Shown here: one piece after another, positions 10,601 to 19,612 of the stretch
Numbering within the stretch: position 1 is the first letter of the stretch
Layout of the letters: the number at the start of each line of letters is the position of its first letter
Source of the DNA: an uncultured Acidobacteriota bacterium
GTDB taxonomy: Bacteria; Acidobacteriota; Thermoanaerobaculia; Multivoradales; SZUA-115
Reading direction: 5' to 3'
Length of the DNA: 64,000 nucleotides
Assembly: GCA_963805975.1 (NCBI GenBank)
Contig: CAWDVR010000001.1
Location: 758,106 to 822,105 of the forward strand
The notes under the pieces: model-generated
What the model was told of the DNA's origin: nothing
Database searches by the model: none
The model's input: the letters and a program-made list of their open reading frames with translations, nothing else
Made by a program: the position numbers and the translations under genes

Positions 10601-11242
10601 GAGAAGAACGGCTGCACCACGCGGCGCGAGCTGACGCAGTCGGTGTTCGTCGAGGTGGGTGTCGACCCCACGGCGAGCGGCGTACAGGCCACGCCGCACC
10701 AGCCCGGGGCCGCCGGGGGCTACGACGTGACGCTCACTCCCCGCGACCGGCTGGGCAACCTCTGGGGCCCCGGCCGTCCCGGCGCCATCCAGTGCCGCGC
10801 CGACGACGGCTGCCGCTGCGACGCAGGGAAGGTGACCGACCGCGGCGACGGCTCCTACGTGATCCCGGTGGCGGTCAAGGCGAACGCCCGGCAGTGCCGC
10901 ATCGACGCCTTCGGCACGGTCTTCGACCTCGCCTGGAACCGCCGGCCGGCCTCCTGCGCGGCGCTCCTCAAATCGCTCGACAATCCGCGCATCGACGGCG
11001 CACTGCGCAACAAGCTTCGCTTCAAGGTCGAGGCCGCCTGCGAGCAATGGCACGCCGTCGAGGGCGACTGGAGCCTGGCCACCACCCAGGCCAGCTCGAC
11101 CCTGGCCGAGGTGCTACACGAGATCGAGTCCCACGCCGGCGCCGACCTGCCGGCAGCCGACGTCGCGGAGCTGAAGCGACGAGTGCAGGAGCTGGCGAAA
11201 GAGGGCGGGCTCGAGGTGGGGGAGGCGCATCCGCATCACTGA
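7646..11242 (+). CDS. secreted multidomain protein: type-3 copper (tyrosinase-like) domain + von Willebrand factor A domain + ~700 aa uncharacterised C-terminal region
   Basis: Signal peptide MPLRRTGF...ASAEPARA. CuA-like histidines (MHSAWHSCFG ... WYAFHRQ) and a CuB-like motif (FHGNMHGAVG ... DPMFWRLHKAIDD). VWA with a MIDAS motif (VVVDRSGSMN ... LLLTDGIEN). Confidence 0.7.
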   Translation: MPLRRTGFPRSGLAPLAAAVLLAFAFAFASAEPARAQTCWAYVNTPASAPISCVDQGDLSPGCFWNGDCHDDLDLSDCCTTIPGGPQSVLQMHSAWHSCFGAIGDSDGDNPPMRGNRWYAFHRQIEHDYNLWRESGNFCNPTAGSPQGCKIESVDWCPNMLLPYGFDCDLAAGGTGCGTQGFVADNSAQDCNPTLGSTNPCRPNNAACPGCQAFPQCLFLGGAGPAACPLAPSASCSGTGVNLPHTELADFPDVEELTTLLDSSFHGNMHGAVGTAGPCGDINSSGCSVRDPMFWRLHKAIDDVVRAWQDINATDVMVVVDRSGSMNELDSTGDSKLTAALEAADLFADLMEDARADGQTNRIGVVSYASNAGDAARNLAPIAAGPTLRDPGQPFPNVLAAIGGAGGGGCTGIGSGIQAAADQICPGGDCGAVPDPPPAGTNRRKSILLLTDGIENVPPCLQSAGPAGATCGGQCFGATLDATRLYDTQVCAVGFGDAGSLNGDLLTLFAERQGGIYMQNPALDPDGEWIDLKDFFAKCFGQLTDEFLGLDPKGILAPGQAASEAIEYTSCGDGKLTFVGGWKTAVDRGELRLLIHAPNGDLVRPGAGVETSTQATWDFSRLRLPYGTASTGLWQAHLVRPHRAFVNGFTSDAFADPKAGVELVRREIQRLCPTGCKRVLYFEDQTLGTSVYDKAIQVELGTRLLGTVSRTNRPDELAGLLRREWDLLVYAHQKGEAPEPYDGPLAERICGGQRAILTDTRGQAAASILKCAGAAYDEGRNHRLLAVDGELLAGQHKLHDPGHAIWSYGLRPAGSTAQARLDGRTHGIVAAVQRGAEQRWFVDVLVRGLNKLEAHKPVSHFETGSDLLPSVRISPFTVTAGGFDRVQARVEIERPLLGLGTLLARTGLAKEVRIGEERLDPRAATLLALEQARRGPVIPTTTETYPLFDDGTNGDLVAGNNYFSAQLPRAASADGMYRYRYILDLEKNGCTTRRELTQSVFVEVGVDPTASGVQATPHQPGAAGGYDVTLTPRDRLGNLWGPGRPGAIQCRADDGCRCDAGKVTDRGDGSYVIPVAVKANARQCRIDAFGTVFDLAWNRRPASCAALLKSLDNPRIDGALRNKLRFKVEAACEQWHAVEGDWSLATTQASSTLAEVLHEIESHAGADLPAADVAELKRRVQELAKEGGLEVGEAHPHH

Positions 11243-11279
11243 GCGGTGGAGCCTGTGACGCTGGCCCTCGAGTCGCGGC

Positions 11280-12558
11280 TCAGGTTCCGTCCACCACGAG
11301 GCTCCAGGCGGAGAGGTCGCCGGTCTCGAAGCTGTCCTCGAAGATCGATGAGGGCGTGGCGTAGGCCACGAAGGCGCCGGTGCCCCACTCGATCTGGTTG
11401 TCGGCAGGCGGGGTGAGGGTGGCGGCGAAGGAGACGTCGCCCGCTTCGTTGATCGCCACTCCGCCGCCGAAGACCGGGCTCGAATCGTTCTGGTCGACGC
11501 GCGCCGTGCCGAGGTCGGTGGGCAGGAGGTCGTGCTCGCGGACCACGCGCGCGGAGCATGGTGCCGTCGCCCACGAAGACGGCGCGCAGGCCACTCTCGT
11601 CGAAAGCGCGGAAGGCGACCAGACCGGTCTCGTTGACGGCGGGCGCGAAGAACTCGAGCTCCGAGAGGTCGGGCCCGGACTCGACCGCGATGGTGACGGT
11701 GGTCACTCCGTCGGACAGGAACACGCCACGCCCGCCGGCGACCAGGGTGGCGAGGAAGACCACGCGGCCGTCGTTGGTGAGCGCCACGCTGTTGTCGAAA
11801 CGCGCGTAGGGCGAGGCGGCGTTGGAATCGACGTCCTCGGCGATCAGCACCGAGCTGCCGTTGGGTTCGAAGATGCGGATCTGGTCCGGCCGGCTCTCTG
11901 CGATCTCCCCCGCGGCGCCGAGCCGCACTTTGCCGGCGATCTGCCGCGCGTCGTTGAAGGCGGGGGTGAAGAGGAAGGAGTAGGGGCTCCCCACCACGAC
12001 GCCGGCTTCGGCGGCGTGGATCGGCACGGTGGAGGTGCCGTCGTAGGAGACCCAGGTCTGGCCCGAGCCCGAGAAACCGGCCCGGTAGCCCACCTGCCCG
12101 AGGTCGTTGATCGAGGGCGACCCCCATGAGGAAGCACCCAGGGGCAGGTTGGTGAGGAAGCCGGCGGTGTCGGTCTTCGAGTCGTAGGTGTAGAGGCCTT
12201 GGGGGCTCGAGAACGCCTCGTCCCACACCGCGACGCCGGCGTTGTTCAGGCCCACGGAGAGCACGAAGGCCTCCTCGTCGCTCTGGTAGACGATCTCCCC
12301 CTGGGCCTGGCCTCCGAACCACACCCCCTGGCCGGTCGAGCTTGGCAGCACCTCCAGGTCGAAGGCCATCTGTCCCAGGTCGTTCAGCCGTGGCGTGGTG
12401 TTCGAGAAGAAGGCGCTCCCCGGCAGGTTGAAGGCGCCGCTGAAGTTGGCTCTCGCCTGGAGCTCGAAGGTTTCGTAGGTCGGGACCTCGGCCGTGGCGC
12501 CAGAGGCTAGCGCCGTGGCGAGGAGAAAGCTGGAGGCAGATCGCAGGGTGGGTTTCAG
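11280..12558 (-). pseudogene. FG-GAP/beta-propeller secreted protein paralog, frameshifted (candidate pseudogene or sequencing error)
   Basis: Two overlapping minus-strand ORFs (11236..12369 and 11280..11594) rejoin after a 1-nt shift near 11570 in a CGCGCGCG run. The signal-peptide-like N-terminus (LKPTLRSASSFLLATALASG) lacks an ATG; only a CTG with an AAGGAG 6 nt upstream is available. The C-terminus ends IFEDSFETGDLSAWSLVVDGT, as in the other motif-bearing proteins. Confidence 0.5.
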
Positions 12559-12612
12559 AAGGGGCTCCTTCCCGAAGACGTCTGGATCCTAGCGCAGCGC
12601 CGGGAGGGTGCC

Positions 12613-15129
12613 GTGCGCCCGGCCGCGGCACGCCCAACTGCTAAGCTTCGACAGATGTCGTTGCTCCCGAAGCTGCCGGCTGCCGTGCTGGGCGCCGGCC
12701 TCGCCGCCTCGATCCTCGCGCCCGTGCTCTCGTCCGCGCAGCCTCTGGCGCTGCGCCTGCCGGTGCTCTCGCTCCGCGAGGCGGCGATCACGGTCGCCCC
12801 GACCCTTGCCGCGAGGCCCGATGCGAACGCCGAGGACGTCGCCGAGCCGCTACCCCCGAGCTCCGAGGTGCTACCGCGGGCGCTCGCCCTGGAAGAGGAG
12901 GCGGAGCGGACCCGTGCCGAGCTCGCGCAGTCGTTCGGCCAGGCTGCCGGGGACCCGGAGCTGGCGGAGCTCCAGGAAGGCTTCGCGCGCCTGCGGCGGC
13001 GGCTCGCCGCGGTGGTGGGCGAAGGACCGATCGACGGCGACCGCGTGGCGCGGCTCCGGGCGCGGGCCCGGAAGGCGGGCGCCCATCTCGAGCAGGAGCT
13101 GGAGGCCACCTACGGCCGCTACCGCCGGCTGGAGCAGCTCGCCTCCGACTGGGACGGCCACCGCGACTTCTTCGCCCGCTGGCAGGCGGCGCTGCTCGCC
13201 GACCCCAGCTACGGCTCGCTGCGCGACGAGCTCACCGAGACCCGCCAGCGCATCGAGGTCGTGCGCGCCGAGATCGCCGCCGCGGTGCCGGCGGCCCGCG
13301 AGGCGCAGCAGCGGGCGCAGGGCCTGGTGCGGGAGCAGCGCGAGATCGAGGTCGAGGTCGAGCGCACCCTGGACGAGTGGGAGGCGAGCCTGCGGCGCCC
13401 GAGCGGCCCGGCCATGGTCACGCCGGCCTTCCTGGCCGAGCTCGAGCAGACTCAGGTCCTCGAACAGATTGGGGTCAGCGTGCCTCGCGATACCAGGCTC
13501 ACGCCCCCCGGGCTGGATGCCGATTTTCTGCGAGACCACGCGTTCACCCTCCTGCTCCAGATCGCGGTGGGCCTGCTGGTCGCTTTCGGAGCGCGCTGGC
13601 TGCACCACGCGGCAGGCCCGGAAGACCCCTGGCACGGCCTCCTCGCACGCCCCTGGGCTCTGGGCCTGTTCGCTGCCGTGGCCGGCTTCGGCTCGCTCTA
13701 CGACCCGGCGCCGGGCGTGTGGCGACTGCTGCCGGCGGTGCTGCTCGCGGTCTCGCTGGCCCGCTTGGCCGGCGCCACCTTCACCCGGCCGCGCGCCCGC
13801 TGGGCGGTCTACCTGCTCGCCCTGCTGCACGTCGCCTTCGAGGGCGCGGAGACCCTGGGCCTGGCCGAGCCGGTGGCGCGGCTGGTGCTGCTCTCCCTGG
13901 CCCTCGTGCCCCTCGCCCTGCTGCTACCGAGCGTGCTCCGCGAGCATCGCGAGCACGACCGCCTGACGCTCTTCGGCGTGGCGCTGCGGCTGGGAGTGGC
14001 GCTCCTGGCGGTGCTCGCTCTGGCCGAGGTGGCCGGTTTTCATCCGCTGGCGCGCTGGTTCTACCAGGCCGGCCTGCGCAGCACGATCGTGATCTTCGTC
14101 ACCTCCTTCATCCTGCTGCTGGCGGCCAAGCTCAGCCGCCTCCTGCTGGCCTCGCCGGCCGTTGCCCGCCGTCGCCTCCTGTCCCAGCGGCGCGAGGAGC
14201 TGGCACGGCGCTTCCGGCGCGCGCTCACGGTGGTGGTGGTCGCGGTCGCGGCGCTGTTCATGGCCGATATCTGGCACCTGGCGGACTCGCCGTACTCGGC
14301 GTGGCTGTCGCTCCTACGCTGGAACGCGTCCTTCGGCAGCTACCGGGTGACCGCCGGGCAGGCGCTCTTCGCCGCCGGGGCGCTCTACCTGGCCCTGGTG
14401 GTCTCCTGGCTGCTGCGCGCCGCGCTCGACGAACGGGTGGCGCACGGCGGCGGCCTGGACCGCGGCGCCGGCGACTCGGTGAAGACCCTGATCCGCTACT
14501 CGTTCATCGTCGTCGGGTTCTTTCTCGCCCTCTCGCTCCTGGGGATCGACCTCTCGAACTTCGCGATCCTGGCCGGCGCCTTCGGCGTGGGCATCGGTTT
14601 CGGGCTGCAGAACGTGGTCAACAACTTCGTCAGCGGCCTGATCCTGCTCTTCGAGCGACCGGTGCGCGCCGGTGACTCGGTGGTGGTGGCGGGCGACAGC
14701 GGGGTCATCCGGCGGATCGGCCTGCGCTCGACGGTGATGCAGACCGGCGACCGCGCGGAGATCATCGTGCCGAACAGCCAGTTGATCGCCGAGAAAGTGA
14801 CCAACTGGACGCTGTCCTCGCGCTCCGCCCGCTTGGCGGTGCCGGTGCGCGTTGCCTACGGCAGCGACCTGCGCAAAGTGCAGGAGATCCTGGAAACGCT
14901 CGCCCGGGAGCACCCCAAGGTCTTGCCGGAGCCCAAGCCCCAGGGCCAGATCGTGGCGCTGGGGGAGAGCGCCATCGCTTTCGAGCTGCGCGCCACCGTG
15001 GCCGACGTCGAGCAGCGGGGGGACGTGCAGCACGACCTCATGGCCGCCGTGGCCGAGCGTTTCGACGCCGAGGGCATCGCCATCCCGTTCCCGCAACGGG
15101 AGGTGCATATACAGAAGGAGGATGGATGA
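12613..15129 (+). CDS. mechanosensitive ion channel, MscS/MscK family, with a large N-terminal periplasmic domain
   Basis: 838 aa; GTG start with GGGAGGG 4-5 nt upstream. The C-terminal MscS core motif is GFGLQNVVNNFVSGLILLFERPVRAGD. Multiple TM helices and a signal peptide. Confidence 0.8.
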   Translation: MRPAAARPTAKLRQMSLLPKLPAAVLGAGLAASILAPVLSSAQPLALRLPVLSLREAAITVAPTLAARPDANAEDVAEPLPPSSEVLPRALALEEEAERTRAELAQSFGQAAGDPELAELQEGFARLRRRLAAVVGEGPIDGDRVARLRARARKAGAHLEQELEATYGRYRRLEQLASDWDGHRDFFARWQAALLADPSYGSLRDELTETRQRIEVVRAEIAAAVPAAREAQQRAQGLVREQREIEVEVERTLDEWEASLRRPSGPAMVTPAFLAELEQTQVLEQIGVSVPRDTRLTPPGLDADFLRDHAFTLLLQIAVGLLVAFGARWLHHAAGPEDPWHGLLARPWALGLFAAVAGFGSLYDPAPGVWRLLPAVLLAVSLARLAGATFTRPRARWAVYLLALLHVAFEGAETLGLAEPVARLVLLSLALVPLALLLPSVLREHREHDRLTLFGVALRLGVALLAVLALAEVAGFHPLARWFYQAGLRSTIVIFVTSFILLLAAKLSRLLLASPAVARRRLLSQRREELARRFRRALTVVVVAVAALFMADIWHLADSPYSAWLSLLRWNASFGSYRVTAGQALFAAGALYLALVVSWLLRAALDERVAHGGGLDRGAGDSVKTLIRYSFIVVGFFLALSLLGIDLSNFAILAGAFGVGIGFGLQNVVNNFVSGLILLFERPVRAGDSVVVAGDSGVIRRIGLRSTVMQTGDRAEIIVPNSQLIAEKVTNWTLSSRSARLAVPVRVAYGSDLRKVQEILETLAREHPKVLPEPKPQGQIVALGESAIAFELRATVADVEQRGDVQHDLMAAVAERFDAEGIAIPFPQREVHIQKEDG

Positions 15130-17699
15130 TTCGGAAGGTGATCGTCTGCAACGTGGTGCTCGGTTTCGCCCTGGCCGGCTCGCTGCCGGCCGACGAGCCG
15201 GCGAAAGACGCCAGCGCTCTGCCCACCGTGGCGGCGAAGACCTCCGGGCTGACGGCCAGGCCCGGCCTCTTGACGCTCTACGCCGACGAGGCACGGGGCA
15301 AGCTGTGGCTCGAGGTGCCGCCGGCCGGCAAGAACGGCGTGGTGGCCGAGCTGCTGTACGTCGAGGGCATCACCACCGGCGTGGGCTCGAACCCGATCGG
15401 GCTCGATCGCGGCCAGCTCGGCGACGGCCGGGTGGTGACCCTGCGGCGGGTGGGCGGCCGGCTGCTGATCGAGGAGCCCAATCTCTTCTTTCGGGCGTTG
15501 TCGAGCGATCCGCGCGAGGTGGAGAGCGTGCGTCAGTCGTTCGCCACCTCGGTGCTGTGGGGCGCCGAGCTCGCGGCCCTCGACGCGGACGGCCGCGCAC
15601 TGGTGGACTTCACACCCTTCCTGCTGCGCGACGCGCACGGCGTGGCCGCGACGCTCAAGCGCGCGGGCCAGGGCGCCTACGCGCTCGACGCCGGCAGGAG
15701 CGCCGTGGACCTCGCCTCCTGCCTGGTGTTCCCCGAGAACCTCGAGCTCGAATCGCTGCTGACCTTCAGTGCCGCCGAGCCCGGGCGGCTGGTCTCCGAC
15801 GTGCTTGCGACCCCCGAGCTGATCACCGTCACCCTCCACCAGTCCTTCCTCCGCCTGCCCGAGCCGGGCTACCAGCCGCGGCGCTTCGACCCCCGCGCCG
15901 GCTCCTTCTCGATCAGCTTCCAGGATTACGCGGCGCCGCTCGGCGCGCCCATCGAGACGCGCTGGATCGTCCGCCACCGCCTGGAGAAGGTGGACCCCAG
16001 GGCGGCGCGCTCGCGGGCCAAGAAGCCGATCGTCTACTACGTGGACCCCGGCGCGCCCGAGCCGGTGAAGAGCGCGCTGATCGAGGGCGCCTCGTGGTGG
16101 GCGCGGGCGTTCGAGGCAGCGGGCTTCATCGACGGCTTCCGCGTCGAGGTGCTGCCGGAAGGGGCCCATCCGCTCGACGCGCGCTACAACGTGATCCAGT
16201 GGGTGCACCGCTCGACGCGCGGCTGGTCCTACGGCGGCGGCCTCATCGACCCGCGCACCGGCGAGATGCTCAAGGGTCACGTCACCCTGGGGTCGCTCCG
16301 CGTGCGGCAGGACCGGCTGCTGTTCGAGGGCCTGCTCGGCACCGAGCACACCGGGAGCGGCGCCGACGACGACCCGACCCGGCTCGCGCTGTGGCGGATC
16401 CGGCAGCTCGCGGCGCACGAAGTGGGCCACGCGCTGGGCTTCTCGCACAATTTCGCGGCCTCGACCTACGGCGGCCGTGCCTCGGTGATGGACTACCCGG
16501 CGCCGCTGGTGGGCATCACCCCCGCCGGCGAGCTCGACCTGTCCCGGGCCTACGGCGTGGGGGTCGGCGCCTGGGACGTGCACGCGGCGCGCTTCGCCTA
16601 CTCCCAGTTCCCGCCCGGCGCGGACGAGGCCGGCGAGCTCGAGCGCCTGTCGGCGGAAGCGGTGGAGAAGGGCCTGCTGTTCCTCTCCGACGCCGACGCC
16701 AGGCCCCTGGGCTCGGCCCATCCCCTGGCGCATCTATGGGACAACGGCAGCGACCCGGTGGCGGCGCTCGAGCACACGATGCGCGTGCGGGCGGTGGCGC
16801 TCTCCCGCTTCGGCAAGCGCAACCTCGCGGCCGGCCGGCCGCTCGCCCTGCTCGAGGAGGTGCTGGCGACCGTCTACCTCCATCACCGCTACCAGGTGGA
16901 GGCGACCTCCAAGCTGGTGGGTGGCGAGGACTACCGCTACGGCGTCAACGGCGATGCGCAGCCGGCGGCGCGGCCGGTCGACGGGGACACCCAGCGGCGG
17001 GCCCTCGCCGCCGTGCTCTCGACTCTCGCCCCGGCGGCGCTCGACCTGCCGGAGGAGGTGCTGGGGCTGCTCTTGCCGCGGCCCGCGGACTACGAGCCCT
17101 CGATCGAGCAGTTCGCCTCGGCCACCTGGCCGGCGTTCGACGCTCTGGGCGCGGCGGCCACCGCCGCGGACCTCGCGGTGGCGCCGCTCGTCGAGCCACG
17201 GCGGGCGGCGCGGCTGGTGGACCAGCACCGCCGCGAGGCCTCGCTGCCGGGTCTGGAGGAAGTGGTCGCGGCCCTGGTCGAGCGCGTCTTCGAGCGTACC
17301 CCCGCGCCGCCGCGGCTGACCGAGATCCAGCGCACCGTGCAGGCGGTGGTGGCTTCACGGCTGATCGGCCTCGCCGGCGACCGCTCGACCACTCCCGCGG
17401 TGCGCGCGCGGGTGGGTGCCGCCCTCGCCGATCTGCAACAGCGACTGCGTCTGCCGGTCGATTTGCTCGTGCTGGATGACGAGGGCGAGAGCGCGTTTCG
17501 CGCGTACCTGGCCGCCGAGATCAGCCGCTTCCTGGAGCGGCCGGCTGCACCGGTGGAACGAGTGCTGCCCGCGCCGCCCGATCCGCCGCCCGGCAGCCCG
17601 ATCGGAGCGGCCACGGCGGGCGGCGGCCCGGGGTACGAGGCATGGCGCCTCGCGGACGACGACGGTTGCTCGCTCGGACGGATGGGGGATGGCCGCTAG
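15126..17699 (+). CDS. secreted zinc-dependent metalloprotease (metzincin, HExxHxxGxxH)
   Basis: 857 aa. ATG overlaps the MscS stop (ATGA). Signal peptide present. Zinc motif is HEVGHALGFSHNF. Confidence 0.75.
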   Translation: MIRKVIVCNVVLGFALAGSLPADEPAKDASALPTVAAKTSGLTARPGLLTLYADEARGKLWLEVPPAGKNGVVAELLYVEGITTGVGSNPIGLDRGQLGDGRVVTLRRVGGRLLIEEPNLFFRALSSDPREVESVRQSFATSVLWGAELAALDADGRALVDFTPFLLRDAHGVAATLKRAGQGAYALDAGRSAVDLASCLVFPENLELESLLTFSAAEPGRLVSDVLATPELITVTLHQSFLRLPEPGYQPRRFDPRAGSFSISFQDYAAPLGAPIETRWIVRHRLEKVDPRAARSRAKKPIVYYVDPGAPEPVKSALIEGASWWARAFEAAGFIDGFRVEVLPEGAHPLDARYNVIQWVHRSTRGWSYGGGLIDPRTGEMLKGHVTLGSLRVRQDRLLFEGLLGTEHTGSGADDDPTRLALWRIRQLAAHEVGHALGFSHNFAASTYGGRASVMDYPAPLVGITPAGELDLSRAYGVGVGAWDVHAARFAYSQFPPGADEAGELERLSAEAVEKGLLFLSDADARPLGSAHPLAHLWDNGSDPVAALEHTMRVRAVALSRFGKRNLAAGRPLALLEEVLATVYLHHRYQVEATSKLVGGEDYRYGVNGDAQPAARPVDGDTQRRALAAVLSTLAPAALDLPEEVLGLLLPRPADYEPSIEQFASATWPAFDALGAAATAADLAVAPLVEPRRAARLVDQHRREASLPGLEEVVAALVERVFERTPAPPRLTEIQRTVQAVVASRLIGLAGDRSTTPAVRARVGAALADLQQRLRLPVDLLVLDDEGESAFRAYLAAEISRFLERPAAPVERVLPAPPDPPPGSPIGAATAGGGPGYEAWRLADDDGCSLGRMGDGR

Positions 17700-18591
17700 G
17701 AAGGCCCGACCCGTTGCGCCGGTGGCGCGCGCGCGGCCGGCGCGACGCTGGCTGCCGTTCGCCCTGGGCGGTGCGCTGGCGGCGGCCGGGCTGGCGCTGG
17801 CCGCCGGTCTCGGGCTCGGAGGCAGCCGTGCCGGCGAGACTCAGGCGGCTCCCCCGGCGCCCCCTCCGAGCTTGCCGAGGGCGGCTCGGCTGCGGGTGGA
17901 GGTAGTGGCCACCTACCCCCACGACCCGCAGGCTTTTACCCAGGGCCTGATCGAGAAGGGCGGCATCCTCCTGGAGAGCACGGGTCTCTATGGCGGTTCG
18001 GGCGTGCGCCGCGTGGAGCTCGAGACCGGCAAGGTCCTCGCGGAGGCGCGCCTGCCGCGCACGCTCTTCGGCGAGGGCTTGGCATGGGTGGACGCACCGG
18101 GGAAGGCAGGGCGGCTGGTGCAGCTCACCTGGCAGGAGGGCAAGGCCTTGGTGTGGGACGCGGCGAGCTTCCGGCCCGAGGGCGAACATCAGTACCAGGG
18201 CGAGGGTTGGGGCCTGTGCTTCGACGGCCGCCGCTTCGCGATGAGCGACGGCAGCGATCTCCTCACCTTCCGGGACGCCGACACCTTTGCCACGCTCTCC
18301 CGCGTGCAAGTCACGCGGGACGGCCTGCCCGTGGGCAGCCTGAACGAGCTCGAGTGCGTGGGGGAGGAGATCTACGCCAACCGCTGGCAGTTCGAGGAGA
18401 TCGTGCGGGTGGACGCCGCCAGCGGGAGGGTGACGGCGACCATCGACGCCTCGGGCCTGCTCACCCCCGCCGAGAGAGACGGTACGGATGTCCTGAACGG
18501 CATCGCCTACCGTGCGAAGACCGGCACGTTCCTCCTCACCGGCAAGCTCTGGCCGAAGGTGTTCGAGGTCCGGTTCGTCCCGGTGCCGTAG
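17689..18591 (+). CDS. glutamine cyclotransferase (plant/bacterial-type glutaminyl-peptide cyclase, beta-propeller)
   Basis: 300 aa. Start overlaps the protease stop by 11 nt. Signal/TM segment present. Family-typical motifs are YPHDPQAFTQGL, LESTGLYGGSGVRRVELETGKVL and LNGIAY. Confidence 0.75.
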   Translation: MAARKARPVAPVARARPARRWLPFALGGALAAAGLALAAGLGLGGSRAGETQAAPPAPPPSLPRAARLRVEVVATYPHDPQAFTQGLIEKGGILLESTGLYGGSGVRRVELETGKVLAEARLPRTLFGEGLAWVDAPGKAGRLVQLTWQEGKALVWDAASFRPEGEHQYQGEGWGLCFDGRRFAMSDGSDLLTFRDADTFATLSRVQVTRDGLPVGSLNELECVGEEIYANRWQFEEIVRVDAASGRVTATIDASGLLTPAERDGTDVLNGIAYRAKTGTFLLTGKLWPKVFEVRFVPVP

Positions 18592-18624
18592 CGAACAGGG
18601 CGCACCGCGTGCGCCCTTTCCCCT

Positions 18625-18975
18625 TCAGTTCGCCGCCACCGGTGCGGTGGCCTCTTCGAGGATCTCGAGATGGCCCCAGCCTTCGAGCTTCGCGAGGTCG
18701 ATCTCCGCCACGCAGCGCACCGGCACTCCGTCGAGCTTCAGGTTGCCGGCCAGCTTCACCTCGCCCTGGCCGTTGTCGAAATCGGCCTTCGAGAGATCCG
18801 AGTGCTGGTGGTCCAGACGGAAGCCGAGCTCCGTGCCGCCACGGGTCTCGGTGAACTTGACGTGGACGTAGTTGCGGTCGATCGCGGCCTTGAGCTCCTT
18901 CAATGCGTCGTCGCGCACGGCGCCGATCACCACCCGGTGCTCGCCCTTGGCCAGCTTGTACGGCAGTTCGCTCAT
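18625..18975 (-). CDS. hypothetical small protein (116 aa)
   Basis: Strong SD (GAGGAG 6 nt before the ATG at MSELPYKLAKGE...). Clean ORF on a coding-dense strand. No domain recognised. Confidence 0.5.
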   Translation of the reverse strand: MSELPYKLAKGEHRVVIGAVRDDALKELKAAIDRNYVHVKFTETRGGTELGFRLDHQHSDLSKADFDNGQGEVKLAGNLKLDGVPVRCVAEIDLAKLEGWGHLEILEEATAPVAAN

Positions 18976-19123
18976 CACAATCTCCTCTGTTGGATACACC
19001 TCGACGGCGGGGCCTTGCGTGCCCACCCCTAAGAAATGCGCCAAGCGCCCGGTTGGGGACAAGCCGAGCGTCCTGGCTCCCGGCCGCGAGCCGGGAGAAT
19101 GGGCTAGCATAGGCCATACAAGA

Positions 19124-19612
19124 ATGCGCCTCGAGAGGAACCTGCCCTTCTGGCTGCTGGTCGCGGGCGCAAGCCTGTGGGTCGGCTCCGTGTTCCTGGC
19201 ACCACTCGCCAGGGCCAACGGCTGGGCGGCGGGCTCCTGGGTCTACGCTTTCTTCGACCCCGTCTGCCACCAGCGGCCGGAGCGCTCGTTCGCCCTCTGG
19301 GGTGAGCCGCTCGCCGTCTGCCATCGCTGCCTCGGCCTCTACACGGGCTTCCTGGCCGGGCTCCTCGTGCTGCCCGTCTGGGAGGGCCTGCGGCGGCGCC
19401 TCCTCGATCGCCCGCGCCTGCTTCTCGCTTTCGCCGCGCCCATGCTCGTGGACGTGGCCCTCTTCGCCGTGAACATCCCGGCGAGCCGCTACGCGACCGG
19501 CTTCGTCGCCGCGTTCCCCCTGGCCGTGCCGGTGTGGGCGGCCGCCAGCGAGCTCTATTCGCGCGCCCTCAGAGCGGGGGCGCGCCCTCGACTTCAGGGA
19601 GAAAGACCATGA
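19124..19612 (+). CDS. DUF2085-like membrane protein (CxxC ... CxxC)
   Basis: MRLERNLPFWLLVAG...DPVCHQRPERSF...AVCHRCLGLY: paired Cys motifs between TM helices. Confidence 0.6.
   Translation: MRLERNLPFWLLVAGASLWVGSVFLAPLARANGWAAGSWVYAFFDPVCHQRPERSFALWGEPLAVCHRCLGLYTGFLAGLLVLPVWEGLRRRLLDRPRLLLAFAAPMLVDVALFAVNIPASRYATGFVAAFPLAVPVWAAASELYSRALRAGARPRLQGERP

Noticed and set aside
17416-17688. N-terminal extension of the glutaminyl cyclase ORF (MPPSPICNSDCVCRS...)
   Set aside because: It lies in a different frame from the upstream protease gene it overlaps and is Cys/Arg-rich junk. The cyclase has its own ATG (17689) with a signal/TM segment.
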